DNA of 64,000 bases from an uncultured Gemmatimonadales bacterium (GTDB taxonomy: Bacteria > Gemmatimonadota > Gemmatimonadetes > Longimicrobiales > RSA9). Location: NCBI GenBank assembly GCA_963798845.1, contig CAWCUS010000004.1:96001-160000 (forward strand), written 5' to 3'. The notes under the pieces were generated by a model that was given only the letters and a program-made list of their open reading frames with translations, made no database searches and was not told the DNA's origin. This document shows, in pieces, positions 21,905-30,792 of the stretch. Made by a program: the position numbers and the translations under genes. Numbering within the stretch: position 1 is the first letter of the stretch; the number at the start of each line of letters is the position of its first letter.

Positions 21905-22789
21905 CTACACGTCCTGCTCCGCCTCGTCCTCGCCCCGTGCCTCCCGCCGGCGCGGCCACCAGAGCCGGTGCGGGGGAGCGAGCTCATTGTAGTCGATCTG
22001 CCGGATCTCGGCATCCGCTTCGTCCTCCTCTTCCGTGTCCAGAAGGAGGTCGCGGTCCGGCAGTCGTTCGAAGAACCCGAGCACCATCGCTTTCAGCACC
22101 CCGTACGCCATGTAGGCCACGAAGAAGGGGAAGAAGAAGATGGAGGGGATGGTGAAGGCTGCCGTGAGGACCACGAGCAGGAAGAGGAGCGCGAGCACCC
22201 CCTTCAGCGTGCGGAAGCCGAACTTGGGCACCACCGGGTAGAGGATGTGGCTCATCATGAGCATGGCCAGCCCGAGCATCATCGCGATCATGATGTTGGG
22301 CCAGGGGAGCGTCGCGAGATGCTGCTGAAAGAAGGCCGTCTGGCTGAACGGATAGAAGGTGGCCAGCGTCATCCCGGAAGCGGGGGAGGGTAGGCCATGG
22401 AAGGCCACCTTCGCGTGCCCCGCCTGCTCGACGTTGAAGCGGGCCAGGCGGATCACCGCGCCGGTGATGTAGGCGAACGACGCGATCCACCCCCAGCTTC
22501 CGTCGGCCAGGAAGAGGAAATAGATGATGAGGGCGGGCGCGACGCCGAAGCTGATGGCGTCGACCAGCGAATCGAGCTCGGCGCCGAACCGACTACCCGT
22601 CTGCGTGACCCTGGCGACGCGGCCGTCGAGCGTGTCCGCCACGCCCGCCAGGACCACGAGCCACGCGGCGGTGGCGAACGCGCCGCGGGACGCCGCTACC
22701 ACGGCCCAGACGCCAAAGAAGAGGTTCCCGAGCGTGAGGGCGCTCGGGATGATGATCACGCCTCCTTGCAGCCGTCGCGCGCGGTTCAC
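21905..22789 (-). CDS. pssA: CDP-diacylglycerol--serine O-phosphatidyltransferase
   Basis: PSALTLGN, DTLDGRVAR, GAELDSLVDAISFGVAP, RLARFN, FHGLPSP. Confidence 0.92.
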   Translation of the reverse strand: MNRARRLQGGVIIIPSALTLGNLFFGVWAVVAASRGAFATAAWLVVLAGVADTLDGRVARVTQTGSRFGAELDSLVDAISFGVAPALIIYFLFLADGSWGWIASFAYITGAVIRLARFNVEQAGHAKVAFHGLPSPASGMTLATFYPFSQTAFFQQHLATLPWPNIMIAMMLGLAMLMMSHILYPVVPKFGFRTLKGVLALLFLLVVLTAAFTIPSIFFFPFFVAYMAYGVLKAMVLGFFERLPDRDLLLDTEEEDEADAEIRQIDYNELAPPHRLWWPRRREARGEDEAEQDV

Positions 22790-22959
22790 CCGCCCTCCCG
22801 GAAGAAGAAGGTCACGGCGAGCGCGGCGAGCATGAGCCCGTACCCGAAGACCCAGAGCGGCCACCGACCGACGCGGATGGCCACCAGGGTGATCACCACG
22901 GACGCCGCGGCGAGGGCGAGGAAGAGGATTCGCCCGGTGGCGTCGAGCGCCGCGCTCAC
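22786..22959 (-). CDS. 57-aa two-TM protein resembling the N-terminal anchor of phosphatidylserine decarboxylase (truncated psd?)
   Basis: Translationally coupled to purC and pssA (GTGA overlaps at both ends). Ends WPLW...FFFREGG, similar to Psd FFRDP. Confidence 0.6.
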   Translation of the reverse strand: MSAALDATGRILFLALAAASVVITLVAIRVGRWPLWVFGYGLMLAALAVTFFFREGG

Positions 22960-23873
22960 CACTCTGGCAGCTCCTTCCCCGTGAGGCGCCGGTGGACTTC
23001 CAGGTAGCGCTGCGTGGTCGCCGCGACCACGTCCTGCGGCAGCTGCGGGGGCGGGGGCGCCTTGTTCCATCGGCCATCGCTGGCAAGCGCATCGAGGTAG
23101 TCGCGCACCGGCTGCTTGTCGAGCGATGGCTGCGACCGCCCGGGCTGATAGCGCTCCTCCGGCCAGAACCGAGAGGAGTCGGGGGTCATCACCTCGTCGA
23201 TGAGGAGCAGCCGATCCCCGGCCAGGCCGAACTCGAGCTTGGTGTCGGCCAGGATGATGCCGCGCTCGGCCGCGAGCTTCCGGCCGCGCAGGTAGACGCC
23301 GACGCTCACCTCGCGCAGGCGCCCGGCCATGTCATCGCCGACGCGCTCCGCCATCGCCGCGAACGTGATGTTCTCGTCGTGCCCGCTCGTGGCCTTGGTC
23401 GCCGGTGAGAAGACGGGGGGATCCAGCCGGTCCGACTGGCGCAGCCCGGGCGGGAGCGGCTCGCCGGCCAGCGTGCCGCGCTCGCGGTACTCCGCCCAGG
23501 CGGAGCCGGCAATGTAGCCGCGCACCACGCACTCCACCGGGACGGGCGACGAGCGGCGCACCAGCAGCGCGCGCCCCGCCCACTCCGATCGCGTCGCCTC
23601 CAGCGCCGGGACCGCCGCGACGATATCCGCAGGCTCGGCGGCAACGAGGTGGTTCTCCACCAGGTCGCCGAGCTGGCGGAGCCACCACACGGTCACGGCG
23701 GTGAGCACTTCCCCCTTGCGGGGGATCGGCTGCGACATCACCACGTCGAACGCGCTCAACCGGTCCGACGCCACCATGAGCAGCCGGTCGTCGCCGACGT
23801 CGTACATCTCGCGCACCTTGCCGCGGGCGACGAGCGGGAAGGGAAGCTCGGAACGAACCAGGGGCGGCCTCAC
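22956..23873 (-). CDS. purC: SAICAR synthase
   Basis: GKVREMY, SDRLSAFD, ECVVRGY, ADTKLEFG, DEVMTPDSSRFW, DKQPVR. Confidence 0.97.
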   Translation of the reverse strand: MRPPLVRSELPFPLVARGKVREMYDVGDDRLLMVASDRLSAFDVVMSQPIPRKGEVLTAVTVWWLRQLGDLVENHLVAAEPADIVAAVPALEATRSEWAGRALLVRRSSPVPVECVVRGYIAGSAWAEYRERGTLAGEPLPPGLRQSDRLDPPVFSPATKATSGHDENITFAAMAERVGDDMAGRLREVSVGVYLRGRKLAAERGIILADTKLEFGLAGDRLLLIDEVMTPDSSRFWPEERYQPGRSQPSLDKQPVRDYLDALASDGRWNKAPPPPQLPQDVVAATTQRYLEVHRRLTGKELPEW

Positions 23874-25363
23874 GCGCGCAGCTCCGGCGCGTCTTCGGAA
23901 ACCCGGCCCGCCTCCTCGAGGACGGCGCCGATCTCGGCCAGGAACGCGTCCACCTGCTCGGCCGCGAGGCCGACGTGGCGCTCCGGGTCCAGGATGTCGC
24001 GTACTTCCGCTTCGGTCATGCCGAACTCCGGGTCCCCGGCGATCCGCCCCGGCAGGTCGTTGTCGCCGCCCGTGTCCTTCAGCCGGTCGGCCGCGGCCAC
24101 CGAGTGCTGCCGGATGTGCTCGTGCAGGTCCTGGCGGTCGCCTCCGCGCTTGACCGCGTGCATGAGTATGGCCTCCGTGGCGAGGAAGGGGAGCTCCTGC
24201 TCGAGGCGACGTCGGATGACGTTGGGCCGTACGACCAGACCGGCGGCGACGTTGTGCACCAGCAGCAGCACCGCGTCCGCCGTGAGGTACGCCTCCGCCA
24301 CGGCGATCCGGCGGTTGGCCGAATCGTCCAGCGTGCGCTCGAACCACTGGGTGGCGGCGGTGAAGCCGGCGTCGATGGAGAGCGTGATCAGGTGCCGGGC
24401 GAGGCCGGTGATCCGCTCGCTGCGCATCGGGTTCCGCTTGTACGGCATGGCAGAGGAGCCGATCTGCGACGCTTCGAACGGCTCCTCAACCTCGCGCAGG
24501 TGCGCCAGCAGCCGGATGTCGTGGGCGAACTTGGACGTGGACGTGCCGATCCCGGCCAGCGTGGAGAGCGTGGCGTAGTCCACCTTGCGCGGGTAGGTCT
24601 GCCCCGTGACCCAGTAGGCGCGATCGAATCCGAATCGGTCGGACACCATGCGCTGGAGCGCCTCCACTTTCTCCCGGTCGCCGTCGAACAGCTCGAGGAA
24701 GGAAGCCTGCGTCCCGGTGGCCCCGCGAACGCCACGGGCCCGGAGCGTGCCCAGCCTGTGGTCCACCTCCTCCAGGTCCAGGACCAAATCCTGTAGCCAG
24801 AGCGCCGCTCGCTTGCCCACCGTGGTGGGCTGCGCCGGCTGGAAGTGGGTGAAGCCGAGCGTCGGAAGCGCCCGGTGCTCGCGGGCGAAGCCGGCCAGTG
24901 CGGAGATACAGGCCAGGAGGCGCCGTCGCAGGAGGCGGAGCGCTTCGCGCTGCTGGATCAGCTCGGTGTTGTCGGTGACGAACGCGCTGGTCGCGCCGAG
25001 GTGGATGAACGGTCGGGCGGCCGGCGCCACGTCGCCGAAGTGGTGGACGTGGGCCATGACGTCGTGCTTGAGTCTGCGCTCGTGCACGGCCGCCGCGTCC
25101 AGGTCGATGTCGTCCAGGTGCTCGCGCATCTGGGCGACGGCGCGGTCGGGGATCCCGAGCCCCAGCGCCTTTTCGGACTCCGCCAGCGCCAGCCAGAGCC
25201 GCCGCCACGCCCCGAACTTGAACGCGGGTGAGAAGATGCGGCTCATCTCCCGCGACGCGTACCGCTCGATCAGCGGGTTCCGGTATTCGGCCTCGCGTCC
25301 GGCTCCCGCCGATGCCAGCCGCTCCAGGAGCTCACGTGTGTCGTCCACCCGCGCCTCCGTCAC
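23870..25363 (-). CDS. purB: Adenylosuccinate lyase
   Basis: GSSAMPYKRNP fumarate-lyase signature, HDVMAH, THFQPAQ. Confidence 0.96.
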   Translation of the reverse strand: MTEARVDDTRELLERLASAGAGREAEYRNPLIERYASREMSRIFSPAFKFGAWRRLWLALAESEKALGLGIPDRAVAQMREHLDDIDLDAAAVHERRLKHDVMAHVHHFGDVAPAARPFIHLGATSAFVTDNTELIQQREALRLLRRRLLACISALAGFAREHRALPTLGFTHFQPAQPTTVGKRAALWLQDLVLDLEEVDHRLGTLRARGVRGATGTQASFLELFDGDREKVEALQRMVSDRFGFDRAYWVTGQTYPRKVDYATLSTLAGIGTSTSKFAHDIRLLAHLREVEEPFEASQIGSSAMPYKRNPMRSERITGLARHLITLSIDAGFTAATQWFERTLDDSANRRIAVAEAYLTADAVLLLVHNVAAGLVVRPNVIRRRLEQELPFLATEAILMHAVKRGGDRQDLHEHIRQHSVAAADRLKDTGGDNDLPGRIAGDPEFGMTEAEVRDILDPERHVGLAAEQVDAFLAEIGAVLEEAGRVSEDAPELRA

Positions 25364-26814
25364 AGCGAGAACTGCGTGTAGAACTCCCGCCCGCCGCGTT
25401 CCACCAGCATGCGAACCGCCACGCGCCCGGGCACGTCCTGAAGCCGGCGCAGCAGGTCTGCCGCCTCGTCCGCCGAGCTCACGCCATAGCGGTTGATGGC
25501 CAGGATCAGGTCCCCGTCGCGCAGCCCCAGCGTGCGCCGGACATTGTCGCTCACGTCGACGATCAGTGCGCCATGGTCGTTGCTCAGGCCGCGCTCGCTC
25601 CGGATCGCCGGAGTGAGCGTGACGAGCTCGAACTCCTGGAGCGCGTTGACTCGCTCCGCGGAGATGGAGGGGAGGTCTGTGGGGATCACCGTGACCTCCC
25701 GCCGGCCCTGCTCCCCCACGGCCACGCGCAGCGTGTCACCCACGCCCACCTCCAGCATCGCGGCCTCCCAATCGAGCGGGGTGCGCAGCGCCTCGCCGTC
25801 GACGCTCCGCACCACCTCGCCCGCCTCTAGTCCCGCCTCATCGGCGGGAGATCCGGGCGCGACGCGCGCCACTTTCACCTCGCGGCTGCGGCCGAACTGG
25901 TTCGGGTTGGCCGGCTCCAGCTCGAGCCCGGTCCACGGGCGCCGCACCTCGCCGTGGCTCACCAGCTCCATCACCACGCGCCGGGCGCGGTCTATGGGGA
26001 TCGCGAAGCCGAGCCCCTCGCTCCCGCCGCTGCGGGAAAAGATCGACGAGTTCACGCCGATCACCTCGCCTTTCGCGTTCACCAGCGGCCCCCCGGAGTT
26101 GCCCGGATTGATGGACGCGTCCGTCTGGATCATGCCCAGGTAATAGCCGGAGTTGTCGTCATCCTGGCTGGGAATGATGTTGCGGCGGACGCCGCTCACC
26201 ACGCCGGCCGTGACCGTGGGCTCGGTGTTCGAGAGGAGGTAGCCGAACGGGTTCCCGATGGCGACCACCCACTCGCCGATGAGGAGGTCGTCAGAGCGGC
26301 CGAGCGGCGCCACCGGCAGCTTCTCGCCGTGCGTCTTCAGGCGGACCAGCGCGAGGTCGTTGACCTCGTCGGTGCCCACCACGTCGGCGCTGTAGTCCGT
26401 CCCGTCGGGGAGCGTGACCACGATCTCACTGGCACCGTGCACCACGTGGTCATTGGTCAGCACCAGGCCATCGGGGTGGATGATGAACCCCGAGCCCAGC
26501 CCCTGGACCCGTCGCTCCGTGCCCGGCGGGAGGAACAGTTGCTCGTACAGCGAGCGCGGCTGCACTCGCTCCCGCCGGATGATGTTGACGCTCACCACCG
26601 CCGGCGCCACCCGCTCGGCGGCCTGCACGATGGCCGTTCGGCGCGACGCGTCGATGTTCTCCTGGCGCTCCGCCAGCGTCGGCCCGGGCTGCCTCGCCCC
26701 CTGCTGCTCCTGGTCGAGGAAGGCGGTGGGCGCCGCTTCCGCCGACCGCGTCTCCTTGCACCCGGCTACGGCGAGCAGCGCGCCGGTCAGCAGGAGGGCG
26801 GCGAGTGTGCGCAT
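25360..26814 (-). CDS. HtrA/DegP-family serine protease with PDZ domains, lipoprotein
   Basis: Lipobox VAGC, GSGFII, TNDHVV, QTDASINPGNSGGPL, two PDZ-like regions. Confidence 0.93.
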   Translation of the reverse strand: MRTLAALLLTGALLAVAGCKETRSAEAAPTAFLDQEQQGARQPGPTLAERQENIDASRRTAIVQAAERVAPAVVSVNIIRRERVQPRSLYEQLFLPPGTERRVQGLGSGFIIHPDGLVLTNDHVVHGASEIVVTLPDGTDYSADVVGTDEVNDLALVRLKTHGEKLPVAPLGRSDDLLIGEWVVAIGNPFGYLLSNTEPTVTAGVVSGVRRNIIPSQDDDNSGYYLGMIQTDASINPGNSGGPLVNAKGEVIGVNSSIFSRSGGSEGLGFAIPIDRARRVVMELVSHGEVRRPWTGLELEPANPNQFGRSREVKVARVAPGSPADEAGLEAGEVVRSVDGEALRTPLDWEAAMLEVGVGDTLRVAVGEQGRREVTVIPTDLPSISAERVNALQEFELVTLTPAIRSERGLSNDHGALIVDVSDNVRRTLGLRDGDLILAINRYGVSSADEAADLLRRLQDVPGRVAVRMLVERGGREFYTQFSL

Positions 26815-26830
26815 GCGAGGGTCCCTTCGC

Positions 26831-27499
26831 TCAGATGACGCGTCGGTCTTCCGGCAGCCGGTCCCAGTCGGCGAGGAACCCGGCGAGGCCCTTGTCGGTC
26901 AGCGGGTGCTGCAGCAGCTGCCAGAGCACGCTGGGCGGCATGGTCCCGACGTCCGCGCCCATGAGGGCGGACTCGACCACGTGCTGCGGGTGCCGGATCG
27001 ACGCGGCCAGGATCTCCGTGTCGAAGCCATAGTTGTCGTAGATCAGGCGGATCTGCCGGATCAGCTCCATCCCGTCGTTCGAGATATCATCGAGCCGGCC
27101 CACGAACGGCGAGATGTACGTTGCGTCTGCCTTCGCGGCGAGCAGCGCCTGGGTGGGCGAGAAGCAGAGCGTCACGTTCACCGCAATGCCCTCGGAACGC
27201 AGCCGCCGGCACGCCACCAGACCGGCCTCGGTCAGAGGCACCTTCACCACGATGTTGTCTGCGATCGCCGCGAGCTTCTTCCCCTCGCGCAGCATGGTGT
27301 CGGCGTCCGTGGCCACGACCTCGGCGCTGATCGGACCGGACACTGTCCGGCAGATCTCCTCCAGGATCTCGCGCGGGTGGCCCTCGTCGCCCGCCGCCTT
27401 CGAGAGCAGGGAAGGATTGGTGGTGATGCCATCGATCAGGCCGGCATCCGTGGCCCGCCGGATCTCCGACAGGTCGGCCGTATCAAGGAAGATCTTCAT
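26831..27499 (-). CDS. Transaldolase / fructose-6-phosphate aldolase (small type)
   Basis: [38 protein letters not shown]. Confidence 0.93.
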   Translation of the reverse strand: MKIFLDTADLSEIRRATDAGLIDGITTNPSLLSKAAGDEGHPREILEEICRTVSGPISAEVVATDADTMLREGKKLAAIADNIVVKVPLTEAGLVACRRLRSEGIAVNVTLCFSPTQALLAAKADATYISPFVGRLDDISNDGMELIRQIRLIYDNYGFDTEILAASIRHPQHVVESALMGADVGTMPPSVLWQLLQHPLTDKGLAGFLADWDRLPEDRRVI

Positions 27500-28304
27500 T
27501 CGTCCACGCCTCGTTGCTCAGTTCACGCTCACTGTAGTAGACGCGCGCCAGGAACAGCCCCTGCGGCGGCGCCGGCGGGCTCGTCTCCAGCCCGTTCGGA
27601 TTCGACTCCGTCACCAGCTTCCCTCCGTCCAGCAGCCCGGCCACGTCCGCCAGCGGTCGGCGGCCCCGGGCCACGTCCACCATCGTGCCCACCAGGTAGC
27701 GCACCATGTGGTGCAGGAACCGGTTGGCGACAACCCGGAACTCGACGCCGCCCCGCCAGTCCGCCCACCCGGCGTGCAGCACCGTACACCCGTAGCCCCG
27801 TTCGGGTTGTCCCGACTTGGCATACCCGCGGAACGAGTGGCTCCCCACGATCGCGGCCGCGCCCGCCTCCAGCGCCCCGCGCTCCAGCGGCTCCGCCAGC
27901 GCCCAGCACCACGGCGCCCGGAACGGTGAGCGGGATGCCTTGGCGGTGCCGACCCGGTATACATACCCGCGCGCGCTGGCACTATAGCGCGCGTGAAAAG
28001 CGGGCGACACCGGGGCGGCTTCCGCCACCCAGATGTCGCCCGGGAGAATCGCGTTCAGCGCCCGCTGCAGCGTGGGCGGGGACCAGGACGGTGGCATGGA
28101 CGCGTGCACCACCTGCGCGAGCGCGTGCACGCCCGTGTCCGTGCGGCCCGCCGCCACCGAGGTGACCGGCCGGTCCGCCAGGCGCGACAACGCCGCGTCC
28201 AGCTCGCCCTGCACCGTGCGCTGGTCCGGCTGGAGCTGCCAGCCGTGGAAGCCGGTGCCGTCGTAGTGCAGCGTCAGGCGGACGCGAGAGGGTTCCGTGG
28301 GCAC
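27483..28304 (-). CDS. truA: tRNA pseudouridine(38-40) synthase
   Basis: [34 protein letters not shown]. Confidence 0.96.
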   Translation of the reverse strand: MPTEPSRVRLTLHYDGTGFHGWQLQPDQRTVQGELDAALSRLADRPVTSVAAGRTDTGVHALAQVVHASMPPSWSPPTLQRALNAILPGDIWVAEAAPVSPAFHARYSASARGYVYRVGTAKASRSPFRAPWCWALAEPLERGALEAGAAAIVGSHSFRGYAKSGQPERGYGCTVLHAGWADWRGGVEFRVVANRFLHHMVRYLVGTMVDVARGRRPLADVAGLLDGGKLVTESNPNGLETSPPAPPQGLFLARVYYSERELSNEAWTNEDLP

Positions 28305-28359
28305 GGGCGGAAGCTATTGCCCCCGCTGGCCGTGAGCCACCCCCTGCGAGCCGTTCGTA

Positions 28360-28384
28360 GATCCGCCGCCTGGCGCGGCGGATC
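28360..28384. terminator. Hairpin downstream of the Rho-N domain gene
   Basis: GATCCGCCGC-ctggc-GCGGCGGATC, 10-bp perfect stem, no clear U-tract. Confidence 0.5.
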
Positions 28385-28401
28385 AGCCTCCTCCGCGCCT
28401 C

Positions 28402-28701
28402 CTACTCCTTGCGTCGGATCGCCTTCACCAGCTCGTCCTTGCTCATCTTGCTGCGCCCGTCGATATCCAGCTCCTTCGCCCGGTTGTACAGCTCGTCCCT
28501 GGTCCGGTCGTCCAGCGAGTGCGTCGGGTTCCCCGTGCCCTGGGTTGTCTTGTTGGGCGTCCGACCCTCTTCACGACGGTTCTTGTTCACCGTGCGAGCC
28601 GCGATCTCCTTCGCGCGGCTCTTCGACTTCCCGGACTCGCGCTCGCTCTCCTTCACGTGCTCGTACATGCGCTCGTCCTTGTTCGACCATGACTCCGGCA
28701 T
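28402..28701 (-). CDS. Small basic protein with C-terminal Rho-termination-factor N-terminal-like domain
   Basis: YEHVKES...AKEIAARTVNK...TRDELYNRAKELDIDGRSKMSKDELVKAI. GGAGG RBS. Confidence 0.85.
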   Translation of the reverse strand: MPESWSNKDERMYEHVKESERESGKSKSRAKEIAARTVNKNRREEGRTPNKTTQGTGNPTHSLDDRTRDELYNRAKELDIDGRSKMSKDELVKAIRRKE

Positions 28702-28874
28702 CCCGGCCTCCTTCCGTGGCAGTGACACTCCCCTGTCGACCATCATCCGGTGCAAGATGGACACCGCCCCGTCGCGGCGAGACGGAGGGCGGGGACGGTC
28801 CCGGGCTCCCTGGCCGCGGCGCGGCCACGCACCTTGACGGCGGCGGCGATCCCGGGGAGTTTGCAACCCCTGCC

Positions 28875-29954
28875 ATGAGCACAGAAACGAAGCAGCCGGA
28901 TCCGGAGACGGGGCCGTCCCTGAAGGAGCTGATCGCGCGCGTGGCGCTGCGCGACCGGCTGACGGCGGACGACGCGTTCGCTGCCTTCAACGAGGTCATG
29001 GGAGGCCGCGCTTCGCAGATCCAGGTCGCGGCGCTCCTGATGGGGCTCCGCACCCGCGGCGAGACGGCCGAGGAGGTGGCCGGCGGGGTGCGTGCGCTGC
29101 GCGCGGCCATGGTCGCAGTCGAAGCCGATGATCCCGATGCGCTCGTGGACACGTGCGGAACGGGCGGCGGCGGGCTGACGACGTTCAACATCTCCACCGC
29201 GGCAGCCATTCTGGCCGCCGGCGCGGGCGTCCGCATCGCCAAGCATGGCAACCGCTCGTTCACGTCCAGATGTGGAAGCGCGGACGTGCTGGAGGCGCTC
29301 GGAGTCTCGATCGAGCTGAAGCCCGAGGCCATGGCCGAAGTCCTCGACGAGGCCGGCATCGTCTTCATGTTCGCGCCGCGCCTGCACCCGGCCATGCGGC
29401 ACGTGGCCTCGATCCGGCGCGAGTTCGGGATGCCGACCATCATGAACCTGCTCGGACCCCTGACGAACCCGGCGGGAGCGCGACGCCAGGTGGTGGGCGT
29501 CACCGATCCCGCGCTGATCGACCTCGTGGCCGGAGCCCTGAAGGAGCTGGGTCACCACCACGCCCTGGTGGTCCACGGCGCCCCCGGCATGGACGAGATC
29601 AGCCCCCTCGGCCCCACGCAGGTGGCCGAGCTGGCCCACGGGGAGATCCGCCGCTACGTGCTCGAGCCAGAAACGTTCGGGTGGGAGCCCGGAGATCCTG
29701 GCGAGCTCGCGGGGGGCGACCCCGAGCACAACGCCCGTGTCATCCTCGAGGTGTGCCGCGGGGAGCGCACCGGAGCCGCGCGCGCGGCGGTCCTCCTGAA
29801 CGCGGGCGCGGCGATCCTGGTGGCGGGGAAGGCCGAGTCCCTGTCGGGCGGGATCGATGCGGCGAGAGACGCCCTCGATGCGGGTGCGGCGCTGGAAGCG
29901 CTCGACCGCCTGCGGACCGCCACCGGGCGCCATCCACCGCCCGGTCAGGTCTGA
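28875..29954 (+). CDS. trpD: Anthranilate phosphoribosyltransferase
   Basis: DTCGTGG, FNISTA, KHGNRS, GSADVLEALG, NLLGPLTNP. Confidence 0.96.
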   Translation: MSTETKQPDPETGPSLKELIARVALRDRLTADDAFAAFNEVMGGRASQIQVAALLMGLRTRGETAEEVAGGVRALRAAMVAVEADDPDALVDTCGTGGGGLTTFNISTAAAILAAGAGVRIAKHGNRSFTSRCGSADVLEALGVSIELKPEAMAEVLDEAGIVFMFAPRLHPAMRHVASIRREFGMPTIMNLLGPLTNPAGARRQVVGVTDPALIDLVAGALKELGHHHALVVHGAPGMDEISPLGPTQVAELAHGEIRRYVLEPETFGWEPGDPGELAGGDPEHNARVILEVCRGERTGAARAAVLLNAGAAILVAGKAESLSGGIDAARDALDAGAALEALDRLRTATGRHPPPGQV

Positions 29955-30103
29955 GGATGCTCCCGCAGGCTACCGGGCCGGGGTGACCACCGCTTGGACC
30001 GTCCAGGGGCCGGGAATCACGGGACGCGGCGCGTTCGGGAGGAGGACCACCATGGTCCACTTGCGGGTCCGGCGGCCCACCACGAACGGACGCTCTCCAC
30101 GCT

Positions 30104-30727
30104 TCATGCAAACCTCCGCATCACGCCCATGACAACGCCCTGCACCTGCACTCGGTCGGCGCCGTAGAACATGGGCTGCATGGCCTGGTTGGCAGGCTGG
30201 AGCCGGATGCGACCGTCCTTCTCACGGTAGAACCGCTTCACCGTGGCCGCCTCCCGGTCCACCAGCGCGATCACGACCTCGCCGTTCTCCGCCGTCTCCC
30301 GATGCCGGACCACGAGGTAGTCCCCGTCCCGGATCTGCTCGTCGATCATCGAGTCACCCTCGACGCGGAGGACGTAGTGCTCGCCCCGCCCCAGCATCTC
30401 GTCCGGAACCGCAACGGTCTCCTGCTGGTCCACCGCTTCGATCGGAAGGCCGGCGGCAACCTTCCCCACCAGGGGCAGCGCCACCGCTTCCAGCCGGATC
30501 TCCTCCGGCACGACCTGGATGGAGCGGCTCTCGTTGTAGCCCTTTCGGATGTACCCCTTCACCCGCAGATTTTCGAGATGCTCGTGCACCGTGGCGAGCG
30601 AGGTGTACCCGAAGCGGCCCGCGATCTCCTCGAAGCTGGGGGCGTAGCCGTGGGTGTCGGCGAATTCCTCGACGAAATCGAGGATCTCCTTCTGCCTCTT
30701 GGTCAACGGCTTCTTCTGTTGTAGCAT
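30104..30727 (-). CDS. lexA: SOS repressor LexA
   Basis: LTKRQKEILDF wHTH, VAAG cleavage site, GDSM Ser, TVKR Lys, LQPAN. Confidence 0.96.
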   Translation of the reverse strand: MLQQKKPLTKRQKEILDFVEEFADTHGYAPSFEEIAGRFGYTSLATVHEHLENLRVKGYIRKGYNESRSIQVVPEEIRLEAVALPLVGKVAAGLPIEAVDQQETVAVPDEMLGRGEHYVLRVEGDSMIDEQIRDGDYLVVRHRETAENGEVVIALVDREAATVKRFYREKDGRIRLQPANQAMQPMFYGADRVQVQGVVMGVMRRFA

Positions 30728-30739
30728 CGGGGCCCGCCT

Positions 30740-30787
30740 CCGAAGAAAGTCCGAAACCAGTCTATACCGAACACGACCCGAAAGCAA
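30740..30787 (-). promoter_or_regulatory. lexA promoter with two candidate direct-repeat LexA operators
   Basis: Minus strand TTGCTT-17-TAGACT. CCGAA occurs at 30740, 30751, 30767 and 30778, forming two pairs with 11-bp period. Confidence 0.7.
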
Positions 30788-30792
30788 GGGGC

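Noticed and set aside
28751..28766. sigma54 promoter for the Rho-N domain gene
   Set aside because: GG-N10-GC spacing with TTGCA is present on the minus strand, but the -24 element (CGGTGT) matches TGGCAC poorly.
30052..30132. 26-aa ORF with strong GGAGGAGG RBS overlapping the lexA 3' end
   Set aside because: Codon usage is atypical, there is no recognisable motif, and the start sits within a GGACCA/TGGTCC hairpin. Support is insufficient.
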